Of a stretch of DNA of 64,000 bases, positions 1-13,283 are shown one piece after another (within the stretch, counting starts at the first letter, position 1; the number at the start of each line of letters is the position of its first letter). The stretch spans positions 1,054,001-1,118,000 of the forward strand of contig JBHGNT010000005.1 in the NCBI GenBank assembly GCA_043228905.1, in the 5' to 3' direction. Position numbers and translations under genes: made by a program. The notes beneath the pieces are model-generated. The model made no database searches and had not been told where the DNA came from. It was given only the letters and a program-made list of their open reading frames with translations. Source of the DNA: Azolla caroliniana (taxonomy: Eukaryota; Plantae; Polypodiophyta).

Positions 1-23
1 CATACATATACATACATACATGC

Positions 24-188
24 CATACATACAACCTCATAGGAATCTTGTATGAATACACAACATGTTTAATACTTTTGTACATACATGCACACATACA
101 TATACATACATACATACATACATACATACCATACATACAGCCTCATAGGAATCCTGTATGAATACACAACATGTTTAATACTTTTGTA
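24..188. repeat. Two ~59-bp direct copies embedded in (CATA)n microsatellite, intronic
   Basis: 'catacatacaNcctcataggaatcNtgtatgaatacacaacatgtttaatacttttgta' occurs at ~24-82 and ~130-188, separated by CATA repeats. Confidence 0.8.
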
Positions 189-286
189 GATACAGACAGT
201 CAGACAAACACATGCACATACATTACATATACTTTGTTAAACATGTAGCAAAATCCACTTTTATGAGGTAAAGTTTATCACCATAC

Positions 287-1011
287 CTCACTCTCTGAAG
301 CATCTCTCTTTCTCTTGTCATTATCAGATGTGTGGATAGGGTTAGTATACTGATGAACATCATTTCCTTCCTTAGCATAAGCTAATGAGGCATGGTTATC
401 TGAAGGTGGGTTTAACATAATGATTTCTTGAAAAGATGAAGAATACTGAGAATGAATGTGACCTTCACTTTCCATACAATATCCTTGTAACACAGAAGAA
501 GCAGAAGAAGAGGAGGAGGAGGAGGAGGAAGAAGAAGAAGAAGAAGAAGAAATGGAAGAGGAGGAGGCAGAGGTGGAGGAAGAATTCATTGTTACTTGGT
601 TTCCACTTAGTTTTTCTTCTAATTCAAGTGGGAACTTTTCTTTCATGAAGTCTGGAGGTTCAGACACAATGATTTGAGTAGGATCGACAAGCGGAAATGC
701 CAACATCTCGGGATCAAGGGCTTGAAGGTCGCCCTCTAACCAGACCATTGGCATCATCTCAGTATTATTACAGAAGAAGGGCTCATCTTGCTCATAGCTA
801 AACCTGTAAGAACGCAAATCAAAGCCACAAATAAATGAATAGATGATTGAGCTAAGGCAAACTTGTCCAAGAAAGGATGAGTTTGGATGCATAATTTTTA
901 TGTCTTCTTGCCAAAAAAGAGCCAAATATAGAAGCAGAAAAAGGGAACTTACCCAAGAAAGGGTGAATTTTGATGCATGAATTGCATAACTTCATCACAT
1001 GGGAAATGCAT
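287..1011 (-). CDS. 5' part of a gene running off the left edge; Ser-rich/acidic N-terminus ending in KRKR, possibly a transcription factor
   Basis: Exons 953-1011 (ATG CAT TTC...CTT GG|GTAAG) and 287-803 (TTACAG|G TTT AGC...GAG|GTATG) join in frame: MHFPCDEVMQFMHQNSPFLGFSYEQDEPF...poly-Ser...DKRKRDASESE. No recognisable domain lies inside the window. Confidence 0.55.
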
Positions 1012-1591
1012 TCTCACAATCTAAATAATGGGTTTAACTTATATATGTATATGTAAATGTATATATATATATAGATATATATACACACACAAACATTAGA
1101 AAAAGCAAAAAAAAAACATTATTTCATTATATTCCAATAAAGCCACGGATAGAGAGAGAGAGAGAGAGAGAGAAATGGATCAATAATTGAACCAGATTTC
1201 TTGGGGCCTACATTTATCCAGTCAATTATCCAATCCTTCCTCGACCATGAGTGGTGAATCAGAGCGATTGGGTGATGTTGGGGCAGGGGTACATTTGAGA
1301 GAGACAAAGAGGCATACAGACAGGCAGATCAAAAAAAGGAATAAATTATAAATGAAAAAAGATGCCCAATGACGGTAAGTAAAAAAAGGTTAAGATGGTT
1401 CTCTCTTTCTTTCAACTCTTTCCGAAGGTATGGGCCAAAAGTGGGGTTAACCAATGGGTATAAGACACATGTACAGAACAGAGTCTCCATAGAAATCATC
1501 ATTATAGACTTCACTGTCTCCACATACATACATGATACATATATGTATATGTATATTATATACATTTTGGGGTGTGGTCATTTTCAAGCTC

Positions 1592-1797
1592 ACTATTGGG
1601 TCCCCCCCCTCCCCCTTCCCCCTTGTCATTTTCTCATCAAATTTGCACGATAATCGATTGATTGATAGCTATTGGGTCCCTTCCCCTTGTCATTTTCTCG
1701 TCAAATTTGCACGATAATCGATTGATCGATAGATAGCTTTAGTGTGTTTCACACGCTCTTGATGATAGTTGGGTCCTTGTCACATTTCTCATCAAAT
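1592..1797. repeat. Short diverged tandem repeat (2-3 copies)
   Basis: 'ttgggtcc...ccttgtcattttctcRtcaaatttgcacgataatcgattgat' recurs near 1595 and 1672, with a partial copy near 1770. Confidence 0.65.
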
Positions 1798-4426
1798 GTA
1801 GAGAAAGGGGGGGGGGGACAATCTGGTGACTTGCCCTTATAAGTTTTGGAGTAGTCAATATCGGCCCCCATCCCATATTTCCACCTCGGGATAAAACCTA
1901 GCTCAAACCCTATGTTTTTATGTCACCTACACCAAACTGATGTCTAAAGCTTTGCAACTTCGGGAATCTATTATCTAACAACACCCCCCCCCCCCCCCCC
2001 TCCCCCCAAATAGGGAGTAAAGTCGAGCGCCGATTCGTTTACTTGCACTAATGTGCAAGAAATTCGTATCCTCAAATCGATCTTGTGTTATTCTTGTCTG
2101 TCATGTGATGATATTCGTGTTTTTCTACGATAAAAGCAGAGGGTGAGACTACTATTATACTTATAGCTTCGAGAAAAAAAATCGACGGTGCGAATCTTCA
2201 TCTTTATCGTGTTTAACAACTTTTACTCCTTAGTTCACACTTGGGGTGAAATCATTTTCGTGATAACTCCTTTTCATTTTGTTCTCCCTTAGTGTAGTGT
2301 GGTCTAATTTGTAGTTTTGGTCAAAAGCCATTGACTAGGACAACCAATTGGTTGGTTGGCCGAACATCATAAGCTCATGTGTTCCCTACATCTACAATGA
2401 TATCTAATAAAGTAATGTGCAAAATAAGATTTGGACTCAGATACACTTAGCCTACCACTCAGATATAATCGTAATATGAACCAACCCAAACTATAAATTA
2501 GACCATCACAAAGAACAAATGAAAAAAATATATATAAATAACATGCCAATGCCGACTACAAGTAAGACCATGATAAACCCAAGGAAGAATAAATGGAAAA
2601 GGTCTCCACGCACAAGCTTTTGCCCCAACTTAGAACTTAGGCGTAAATGTTATAAAATGTGATAAAGTTATGCTCCTATAAGGATAACGCTCCTTGGACA
2701 TGAGTAATTCCAACCAATGCATATGTTGGATTGGTCATGTGGTGAAAGCCAAAACATGAGTGCTAATGATGACACAATGGAGGAACTACTCATGTTTTAG
2801 TGTCTCATTATATTCTAAATATTATACTAGAATACATTGCCATTCTTCAAGAATTCATTCATGTGTGAGCTATAGAATGTATGATGGGCATTAGCATAAA
2901 GATGATGGTGAGGTGGCCAAACACAAGCAAGTGATGCATGGGCAGATGTATCTAGGGAATACAATTTACTCAAAGACAAAACGAAGGCAATTTGAACTTG
3001 ATAGAGAGATACATGATAAAAACACTTCGGAAGCAAATGATGCATGGACATTTAATATATCAAGGGAATAAAGTAATCTCAATTGTAGATTTAAAGGCCA
3101 TTTAAGGTTTATAAAGAGACGTAACTTGTCTCCCCTAGTGCATATGGAAGTTTTTGACCATAGAGAAATAATAAAAAGAGTGAAGAGATTTCACGAAACC
3201 AAGGATGTATATACATTTCACGAAATTATGATTCAAGACTATATTAATAGCAAATACAGGATGCATGCATTACTAATTTAGGCACTAGCACAATATTTTC
3301 GTCGATGTGTATACGAAGGAGGGAGTAGGGTATAGAAATAAGCTCACCAACTACCCCATGATTATGATTGGATCGTGTGTGGCTGAAGTTTAAAATAATA
3401 TTGTTGATTATCAACATTCAACACGTTGAATGGGATAAGAAAAAGAACATAGTAAAAGAGTCCAGCCTAAAGGACAACCATTATATTATTTGTTATTTTT
3501 TCTACACTTCAAGATGTCATTTTTATGAAACTCTAGTTTACGGATACAATATCTTTAACAAACCTCGTTGAACTAAATAAAGAAAATACAAACGAAATTT
3601 ATATGTCATCGTTTTAGGGGCTAAGGCAATAGCATAACCTTGTACCCCATTCACTATTTGGAAAATTACCTAGGGTGCTAGACAATGACCAAGCTTATGT
3701 CTGAACACCCAAGGTTACTCTTTAGGAGTGTATTACATCTTTCCAAAATCATTTGCAAAACATAACCTTTTATCCATATGTTGCGACATTCAGAAATTCC
3801 ATATTGGGTAGCAAAACGTTTAATGTTACATAACAACAATATCTCACACCAAAGTTCCCCGCATGGATTATCATATGTGATCGAATTCCCTTGTGATATG
3901 ACTCGTGACTCCCTTGTGAAAGAGCTTGTGGCTGAATAATTCATTGGAATATGCATGAAAAACAATTGATTAGTGAAGAACATATCTTGAATTACGTATT
4001 GAAGCGAACCACGTGACATATAATTTGCTCAACTTGTAAAGTTGTATCCTTGATTTCATGATTTTAGAAGATGCAATTGAACTAAACCTTTTGATGACAC
4101 ATGCAATGAGAATATTATATTTCTAAAGATTTTCCATGGGTTAAACGTACAAATCTATATACGAAACATAAAAAAAACCTCTTTATATGTTATCCTTATG
4201 TCTAACAAGGCAAGTATCCTTGTGCATTGAAGTGACGTGCTAGAGTAACATACTCAGTGACTACCTCGAGTCACTATCCCTAAGCAAAGTGTAACGTGCT
4301 AGAGTTACATATTCGTAGTGATTCCCTAGAGACACTATCCCTAAGCAAGGCCTGATTAGTAGCGTAGGATTAGAAGCCACTACCAATAGTCATATAACAA
4401 GTCGTGATCATGTATGATTGATTTAA

Positions 4427-4739
4427 GGGAAAAGTACCAAGATACCCCTGGAAGTTCGTCTATTTACCAGAATGCCCCTGGAAGTTCCAAATTTACCAAA
4501 CTACCCCTATGTCCAAAAAATTACACTTTATAAAGTAATTATACACTCAAATATTTGGTAAATAAGGCTAGTTCGGGTCCATTTCTTCCATCTTTGGTAA
4601 ATAGGGCTTGTAGATTTGAGTGTATAATTACTCTATAAAGTGTAATTTTTTGGGCATAGGGGTAGTTTGGTAAATTTGGAACTTCTAGGGGCATTCTAGT
4701 AAATAGATGAACTTCCAGGGGTATCATCGTACTTTTCCC
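4427..4739. mobile_element. Mutator-type (MULE) MITE, 313 bp
   Basis: ~125-bp TIRs (GGGAAAAGTAC...ACACTCAAAT / ATTTGAGTGT...GTACTTTTCCC) flanked by an exact 9-bp TSD TTGATTTAA at 4418-4426 and 4740-4748. Confidence 0.92.
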
Positions 4740-7700
4740 TTGATTTAATTATGTTTACTCTTAAGATCTTTCGACCATTTAATTGAATCTTACATTGGGG
4801 TAAAGGTCCCCACGTTTTTCTTTATTTCCCGAAATGGCCCTAAATTTCCCTTATTTCTTTAAAATGCCCTTTAGGCACACCTTGAAAGAGGAGTCGAGGA
4901 ATTACATGATCAATCAATCCCCTTCTTCATCCCCTCAATTAGATGTGATAGTTAGGCAGACATAACAGAGTAACGAGTAATCCTATGGGATAACTGGGGT
5001 TCCATGAAAGAGGGGGAGAGGGTTTTGGTTGGAGAGAGGATAATTTATCCATGAGTAATGAATGAAAATGGCATTACTCAGAGTATAAAACAGGAATGCC
5101 TTCCGCTTTATAGTTTCTCAATGATGAGTGAGAGTGAAGAAGCAATGGAGCTACCAATGACACCATTCTAGAGCCCATCCATACCCTTTTTTATTTGTTT
5201 TTATCATACTCAGACTCTCTACAATTCTAAAGCATACTCATCTCTCTGCAATTCCTCTACAGACTGAGAAAGCAGAGAAAGAAAGCGCAGGGTATTCTCA
5301 GAGAGATTTTCAGAAATACTATTAGGCGTATCAAGGGAATTGGAAGAATATTAAGGGCAGGGGGGAGGGGGTACAATTTGGGAAATTAATAAAACTTGAG
5401 GTCTATTTTGGTAGAATATACCATGGCATACCATGGCATACCATGTGCAAAGAATTAATGAATAAATGCATGCATAATTAGAGCGGTAACCTTACCCTAG
5501 TTCTGTAATCCGGCCCTTCATTAGAGCGAGTCTCCTTAAGTGAATACGTACCCGAATCGGTTGGTCAAGTGACCAACAGAAAGCCAATTGACAATGTTCT
5601 ACGGTAGGGACATGGCCAAAAACACCTCTCGAAAGAAAAAAAAAAATGGACTCTTGAATGAGTTTGTTCCAATAGATTACCAATGCCCACACATTTGTTG
5701 TTGATTGTCGTTGCCTGTAGATCCTTAAAAGCTTACAAGAGATCGTCATTTCCTACCAAAGATTTTTCAAATGCTAGCTCTTGACAACAATAAAACATTG
5801 GTTATGTTTGCGAAAATTTTGTGAGGTTATCATGGTTCCAATGACTTTCTATTGACAATTTCCAAATTACTATGAAACATAAAAGCCAAACGAATAGCTT
5901 TTGATGTCATAAGCACGAGGTGACTAATATTCATTACGAACAATCTTGTCTTGTTTTCTATAACATATATCACAAGGTTATGCATGAATCTTGAGTTGTT
6001 CATTAATACCGATTTTCATATCATATAGCATCATCGACAATAAGCGTATTATTGGTCTAAAAAGTCAAGATTAATCTAGTTTCAACTTGCAACCTTTTGA
6101 AATATTCCCTCAACACTTTTATACGCAAGTATGTAGTTGATTTTATTGCCAAAATTGCCACCTAGGTGAGACCAAAAAATGTCCCAAAGTAATGCAAATC
6201 TATCCTTTCTAATGTTAACTAATGAAAGAATGGTTGATAGGTGAATCAATGTTTATGATATCTTTACACAAGTTATGTAAATCTATCCTTTTTAGCGTCA
6301 ATTAATGAAAAGATAGAACGATAGATGAATCAATGTTCGTAATATTTTTACATTTATTATTGATTTTGTGTATCAACACTTTAGTGAGAATAATTATTAT
6401 CATGTGACCATATAAAAACACCCCATCTTTAAGTTACAAATCTTCCATCCAATCCCATTTCTGATATGGTTGAAGTCCAAAATGTGGAAAATAGAAATAT
6501 GGATTTTAGTCCACGTACCCACAAAAAGCACATGAGTATTTTGATGAACTCTGAAGTGCAAATCCACACTTCGGTTTAGCCCCTCTTTGCTTGTAATACA
6601 TTGGACCTTGGTATTGTGAACCATCCTATCTCACAATGTAGGAGAGAATGTTGTTCTTGTGAAACTTTCATTTCTATCTTCGCCATAAAAGGTATCATCA
6701 AATTAAAAGATGTCTTATAAGATTGGGCAAGTCATACAAAAATACGTTGTAAAACATGTCGTATTTGTGTGAAGCATCTTAATTGTGGGGGCATCATCTA
6801 TAAGTTGGGAGTTATAAAATCATCTCCAACAAAAAGATGGGGTGTCATTTCTTCCTCTACCAAAAGCCTTACGAAAATAAACACTCCTCACAACTCCTTG
6901 TCTTTTGATTATATGCTCCTCCACAAAGTATCCAATTTTGGAAATCAAGATAATTTCTTCATTTACCAAAAGTCTTATGTAAATAAACATTTCTCAAAAG
7001 TCCCACCCATTATGAAAGAGTGCTCATTCCACACACAATTCATTTGCTTATAATTATATGATCACTATGGATGAGTAGATTAGGTCATTATGGCACTTTG
7101 TTAGGTAGCCACCAACCACATTGTCCTTAGCTCTACCCACACCCATGGACTCGGACTCAACCAACATTCCTTATACCCTTCAAAGATGCGATGGGATGGA
7201 TACAATGGCAACCTATGAGTACCATGCGACCAATGTACTCATTGCTCTAGATAGCAAGGAACTTATTGTTTATTCCAAAGTAAACCCCATAGATTTGTAA
7301 CATTTTCATTGTGTTTTGACATAATTCAAACTCATTTCCTCACAAAACCATGGGAACTTGTCCATTCATTTTCCTTCTACTACCTCAACGTGTTTTAGGT
7401 ACACAATGTAATGTTGTCACTTGAACTCAAGTGTAAACAAGGGGGTACAAAGCCATGGCCACACTTGTCCATCCTTTGACCTCCAAATCTATCCTCAGAT
7501 TTGTTTAGGACACACTCTATAAGTATTTAATCCAACTATTACGCAAACAGACAAAGATTTCTTTAGTACAACCCTAAAAAAGGAAACATCATAGACTGCA
7601 TATGTGATTCATGCATGTAGATAATACGCATAGGCATACAATACACAATACTGTGTTGTTTGTTATATCTTCTTCATTGTAAATGTAGCATGACTGCAAA

Positions 7701-8410
7701 TTATTGCAACAAGTTCATGACCAAGTAAAAACACTTCCTCATTTGATTTTTGAAATGGGAAGTACACTGGAGGGAAAAAAATGGCTCTTTGGGAATGAAA
7801 ATATTGATGAAAGCAAGGGTATTATAGAATCATTATTGTGTGTATTGGTGCCAAATTAACCAAGCTGATGATGATACCAAGTGAGTTTCAAAGCCACATG
7901 CATCTATCTTTCTCCACCATATCTATCTATCTATCTATCTATATATGTAAGGAAACAATATATTTGGGGACTCTTACAAAGATATGATAAAAATGGAAGA
8001 GAAATTATCATGTTGTGAAGAGACGGGATTGGTAGTGAACCTAGTAGTAGTATGTATGCCTAGCTATTTTAAGATGATGTTTTTAATAATATATTTAAGA
8101 GAGCTAGTTAATACTAGCGAGCAAACAACTTAAAACTCTAGCTGAGGACCATACACACACATACATATATATGTAGTTGCAATGAATGTATTGAGTATTG
8201 TTTGTTTTTCTATGTGCATTGCATGGATAAATACAAAGTTGTTTTGTTGTGGGGGGTATAATGACTTATCTATCCATAGCTATGTATAGTGTGTAAAATG
8301 AGATGTGTGACTATAGTTTGGGGCCAAAATATATGTGTCCACTAACTATAATTTGTTATGTATATAAATGGGTTAATTGTGGATGGTGTGTTCTATTCCA
8401 TCTAGTGTAA

Positions 8411-8675
8411 TTAATGTTGGGAGAGGAGACGTCTCTTCTTGTAGCTCGCTTTGAAGCATGCTTGCCGAAGTCTCTTCGTCCGCTCCGCGAGCTCAATTCC
8501 CGGCATCTCCTCCATCAACTTCTTCTGCTCTTCGAGTTCCTTCACTGCATTTAACACTCTCGTTGATCCCTTGCCACCTTGCTCACTTGCCAAATCCTAG
8601 CAATCATCATCATCATGGGTGCCAATTTAAAAAACCATCCATCATATAAATGATTTAGTGTGTTCATACTACTTA

Positions 8676-8714
<39 letters not shown>

Positions 8715-11700
8715 ATGTGTATGAGAAAATTCAAGAAAAATGTGAGCATAGCCATTGCAATGCATGTTGGGGCTGGTTTGTTACCTGAATGTTGTTGATG
8801 AGGCTATCCAAGCTCTTCATCTTGCGATGGGGCCACCTCGGGATCCCAAATTCTCGGCACTTCTTCTTCAACACGGTGAGGCCGACTTTGAGCTCTTTGG
8901 AGGCCTGGGTGATGGGCATGTTGAAGTATTGGGAGAGCTCTTGGAGGGTGATTTCATTCACTCTCTCACTAGAACCCCTTGGGTGACCACCACCAGACTT
9001 AGTAGTAGTAGTAGCAGTGGCAGGGGTAGTAGTTGTATTGATTGCCTTACTACTAGTACTACTACTACTCCTGGTGTGAACCCTACCTCCTCCTCCTCCT
9101 CTAGTGCCAATGCCATTGTGATTCTTACCCCTGCCATCCCAACACACATCACTAGATGTTGCCGTGGTGGTCGTGGTCGTGGACGAGTATGTGTTGTGAT
9201 CGTAATGTGAATTGGAATTCGCCGAGAAATCCGCGGGGACACCACCCATGGTTAGGAGGGACTCACAAGAGTTGGAGAAGATATTGCTAAGACTAGCCCC
9301 ACCACCACCCATCATCTCATAGTTGCTACTTATACTAGATAAGTGGTGATAATTGCTATAAGAATCATCATTAATATTAATATTGTTATTATCATAAGTA
9401 ATAGCATTAGTAGTGCTGATGATTCTAGGGTTGTTAGCTCTATGAGCAAAAGGATGATGCATTATAACTGCATGATGATCATTATGATGATGATAATGAG
9501 GAGGTGGTGGTGGTGATGACAAGGATCTTTGATTACTACAATCCTCAACGTTTATGTCATCATCGATAATGTCTGCCATGTTTGCAGAGGTGACCTGTTC
9601 CTGTAATTTGCCTGGTGTTGCCATGGGTGCAGCCCCAAGGATATTATTGATATACTCAGGGTAGAAATTGGAGCTGTATTCTTGGATTTCATTGAAGTTG
9701 TAATCCACGGGAGGGAAACAATCGGCAGTAATGCTGCTATTATTACGATCGATAATGTAACTGCTGTAATTGGTAGGGAGATCGTTAACAATAGTGCTGA
9801 TATTGCTCCCATCTTGGTCCAAGCTGCTCAAATATGCAGCATTACAATTGTAGCTAAAGGAAGTGTTAGAAGCACTAGTATTGTTGCCCAGATCGTTGAG
9901 TATTGAGCTCATGAGGTGGGTTGTCGATAGATTTGCATGGCTTAATGGATTGGTAATGCATGAATTCTCATCCATTGGTAGGAAAGGATCCACATGGCCA
10001 TGGCTATGGCCTTGCAGCTGCGGATTGAACTCTGGCAGATGGAGGTTCAAGTCTAGAAGGGAAGGACTCCAAGGAATGAACTGTTCGCCATGTATCATCA
10101 TTAATGGACTTGCTGATGATGGGGGCTGATTAATATTGTTACTATGGCCTGCTTGACTGTTGATCCCTGATCCTGAGTCATTACATCAACATATGATTAA
10201 TTACAGACATCATTAACGCAGCGTTTGGTTCATTAGTACCACCATTAACTAGACACTTGATTTAATAGCATCATCATTGACTCGGACATTTGATGTGATC
10301 GCAACACCATTCATGAATGAATCAGGATTTGATGAATGTCATTAACGAGCACTAACAGCATACGTTATTAGTTAATCCAAGCTTCAATAAACATTAAGAT
10401 CATTAACGAATCCGACGACCCCAAAAAAGAATTGACGATATCAGACAGTAAACACTAACTAAATCACGTTATTACTAGCAATCACAAAATAACAGGGTCA
10501 TTTATAAGTCCAATCGGTAAAGCTATATGATCAAATTCCAGCTCAGAAGAACTACCTTGATTAGGAGTGAGACAATCTGAGATTAAGTTGTTGCATGATC
10601 TCCAATGAGTCCTCATGACATCGTAATGAGAAACCTTCGGGCTTGCCTTAAGCTCCAAATCAGAGCCCCATGTCTGCCAATGATTCACATTCATCATAAG
10701 CTGATTCATATTTTGATGATTATGGTTATGATAGCCACTCATTGTATTTGATCTTTCTGGTGTTTCCAACCCAGGAATAATGATGTTGTTGTTATGATCA
10801 TGAAAACCACTGTGATTGCGATCGTGATCAAATATATGATCCTCGTGATAAGGATGATTCATGACAGGTTGATCTAGTTTATTGCTAGTAATCTGGTTTA
10901 TTCCTGCAGCAATAGTTGAGCTTGAATTAATATAGGTATTATTTGAATGGTGTAAAGCTGCCTCTGCCATGGCTAGATCTCTGCATAGAGATGGTATATT
11001 CTTTAATTCCATGTTCCTGAGTAAAAGAGGAAAAAACATGAGACGAAATGTTTTAATATAATGTTCAAAATTTTATATATAAATGTTGAGTTGTTTTTTA
11101 TTCTGAATTTGTTTGTCAGATTGATGGGTAATGTTTCCTCATTAATAAGTTATATATATAATACCTGTTGAGAGAAGTGAATGGTGTTTATTTAAAACAT
11201 TAACAAATCATCATAAATGCTATACATATATATATAATCATGAAAGGATCAGAAAGCTTGATCAAATAATAATCCATGCATTCAAATGATGTCAAAAAAA
11301 GGCGTTCATTATTATCCACATGACCCAAAAATGATTGCAAACAAAAGGATAATGCAGATGATTAAATGCCACCATTCAATATATGTACATAAGTTTTGTA
11401 ATGCAATATAATTACAGTTTTACCTGGATGGGATTAGAAGGTCGACCATGCAGGTCTCATGTGGGGACTCTGTGTTAAATTCCACCACACATTTCCATGG
11501 GATGGATCCATTCATGTCATCACCATCACCATGACCATCGCCATGACCACCACCCCTCAAATGATGAAGCAGTAATGGGTCCTCCTCCATGTATCTCCTC
11601 TTCAGATTCCCCACCAAATCCTTCACTGATCCCCCCCCTGTGGGCTTCTTGATATGTTGAGGATAAGGAGAGGATTTGCTTAACAAGCACGCATAATTCC

Positions 11701-12268
11701 CATGGTTTAGCAGAAACTCTTGCTCCACAACTGTAACTACTCTGCTCCTCTCCATCTCAATGTCATCCTCATGCCCTGCCATATTTCCATCCACGCCATA
11801 CAGGTGGATGCTCCTAATGTGTTCTGCAACAATACATTGTAGACAATCAATTTATGTCAGGCATAGATTTAATCCACTGATTGGTGGGATCTCCTGATGC
11901 AATAAAGATTTGAGACCAAATCATGCCAAACCAATCAACAGTTTAAATGAATGTAATGCAAGATGCGATGAAGAAAAAAGAGGAGGGGCAGCTTGTGATT
12001 CAATGCGATGGTGAATGAGGAGGGATTTTCAAGTTAATACAAATTGGATCAAGCAGGGGAAACAGGGTTTTGATGCGCAGGGATTTTGAGCCCAACCACC
12101 GACTGACTGACCTTGATTGTGAGGGTTCATGAAGACGACGAGTGCTAGGAGGAGGAGATGATTAGAGGGCGAAGCCATGATTAATGAGGGATTAGTGAGG
12201 AGGATGTCTGCAGCCGCCTTATCCTCATCAGTATCATCGGCGGGTATGATGGGCAGGGGGTCAGGCAT
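8411..12268 (-). CDS. RKD: RWP-RK domain transcription factor, RKD (RKD5-like), ~863 aa
   Basis: Exons 12112-12268, 11424-11823, 10556-11016, 8785-10172 and 8411-8596, all GT-AG and phase-consistent (2592 nt). RWP-RK motif ITLQELSQYFNMPITQASKELKVGLTVLKKKCREFGIPRWPHRK and RKD C-terminal helix (ERTKRLRQACFKASYKKRR). The N-terminus resembles RKD5 (LVVFMN..EHIRSIHLY..EQEFL..IPSLCRDL). The exon 3/4 junction is the least certain. Confidence 0.85.
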
Positions 12269-12696
12269 TTCTGATGGATGGATTGGATGTGAGAGGAGAG
12301 GATGATCAGGAGGAGGTCATGGAGGGACCGAGAGGTGATTGAGGGGTGATTAAGGGATGATTAAGGAGGTGATTAAGGAGGTGATTAGTTAGGGAGGATT
12401 AACGAGAGATTTGATAGATGGAATAATGGATTGACTGTGTGTGTGTGTGTATGTGTTTTGGAGTAAAATGAAGAGAGAGAGAGAGTAACAGCTAGAGAGA
12501 GAGAGAGAGAGCAGGGTATTATTAAAATTAAAATTATGATTATTATTCATAGCTCGTTTATTTTATTTCCTCTCTCTTCTCGTCTTAATTTCCGTTAATT
12601 TCTTCTCTCTAGAGGCAGCCAGCAGCAAGCCCATACATGATGATGGATTGGGACGCCCACAATTCGATGCGTTATATCTTCTTCTTTTTTATCTGC

Positions 12697-12798
12697 CCAC
12701 GTGGCTCGGCCTCTACATCGCGCCCAATCCGAAATTGCCACGTGGAAGAGGCACAGCCACGTATGCACCTTGTCACCCAATCACTTCTGGCCACGTGG
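12697..12798. promoter_or_regulatory. G-box/ABRE cluster upstream of RKD
   Basis: CCACGTGG at 12697, 12738 and 12791, GCCACGTA at ~12756 and two CCAAT, in a GC-richer patch 430-530 bp upstream of the ATG. Confidence 0.55.
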
Positions 12799-13233
12799 GA
12801 GTGCATAACGCACGCTCTCCGCCACCTATTTTCCTCTCTCTATTTCCTTCCTTTATTGTTCCTGTTTTTTTTCCCTCTCTCTAGAGAAACAAAAGTCTAG
12901 GCTTTTTTACGAATTAAGATGATCTTGGTTATATAAATAAATAAACTGATCTACATATTTGTTTTTGTAAAAATTAAATTTTTAAACGAAATTAAAATGA
13001 ATAAACATTTTTAGGCTTTTTGCTTCGAGTTCTTTCTGCTTCTGTTGGCCTTTTGAACGTCAGCCGCCAGCCCTCGCTCCTTTTTCATTCTTTTTTATTT
13101 ATTTCCTTTCTTCTTCTATATTCAATGTGTCTTTTTGTTTCATCACTAAATTCACCCCCTAAATTTGGCGACGGTCTTCCTTCTCCTCCCAAATACACAC
13201 ACACCCCTTTCCCTTCACTAAAAAAGAACCTAC

Positions 13234-13283
<50 letters not shown>

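Noticed and set aside
436-648. Lys/Arg-rich + strand ORF resembling a protamine or NLS
   Set aside because: It is the reverse-strand reading of the poly-Ser codon tract of the minus-strand exon.
5800-7560. Faint gag/RT-like traces on the minus strand
   Set aside because: Too decayed to support by eye. It would need TBLASTN or RepeatMasker.
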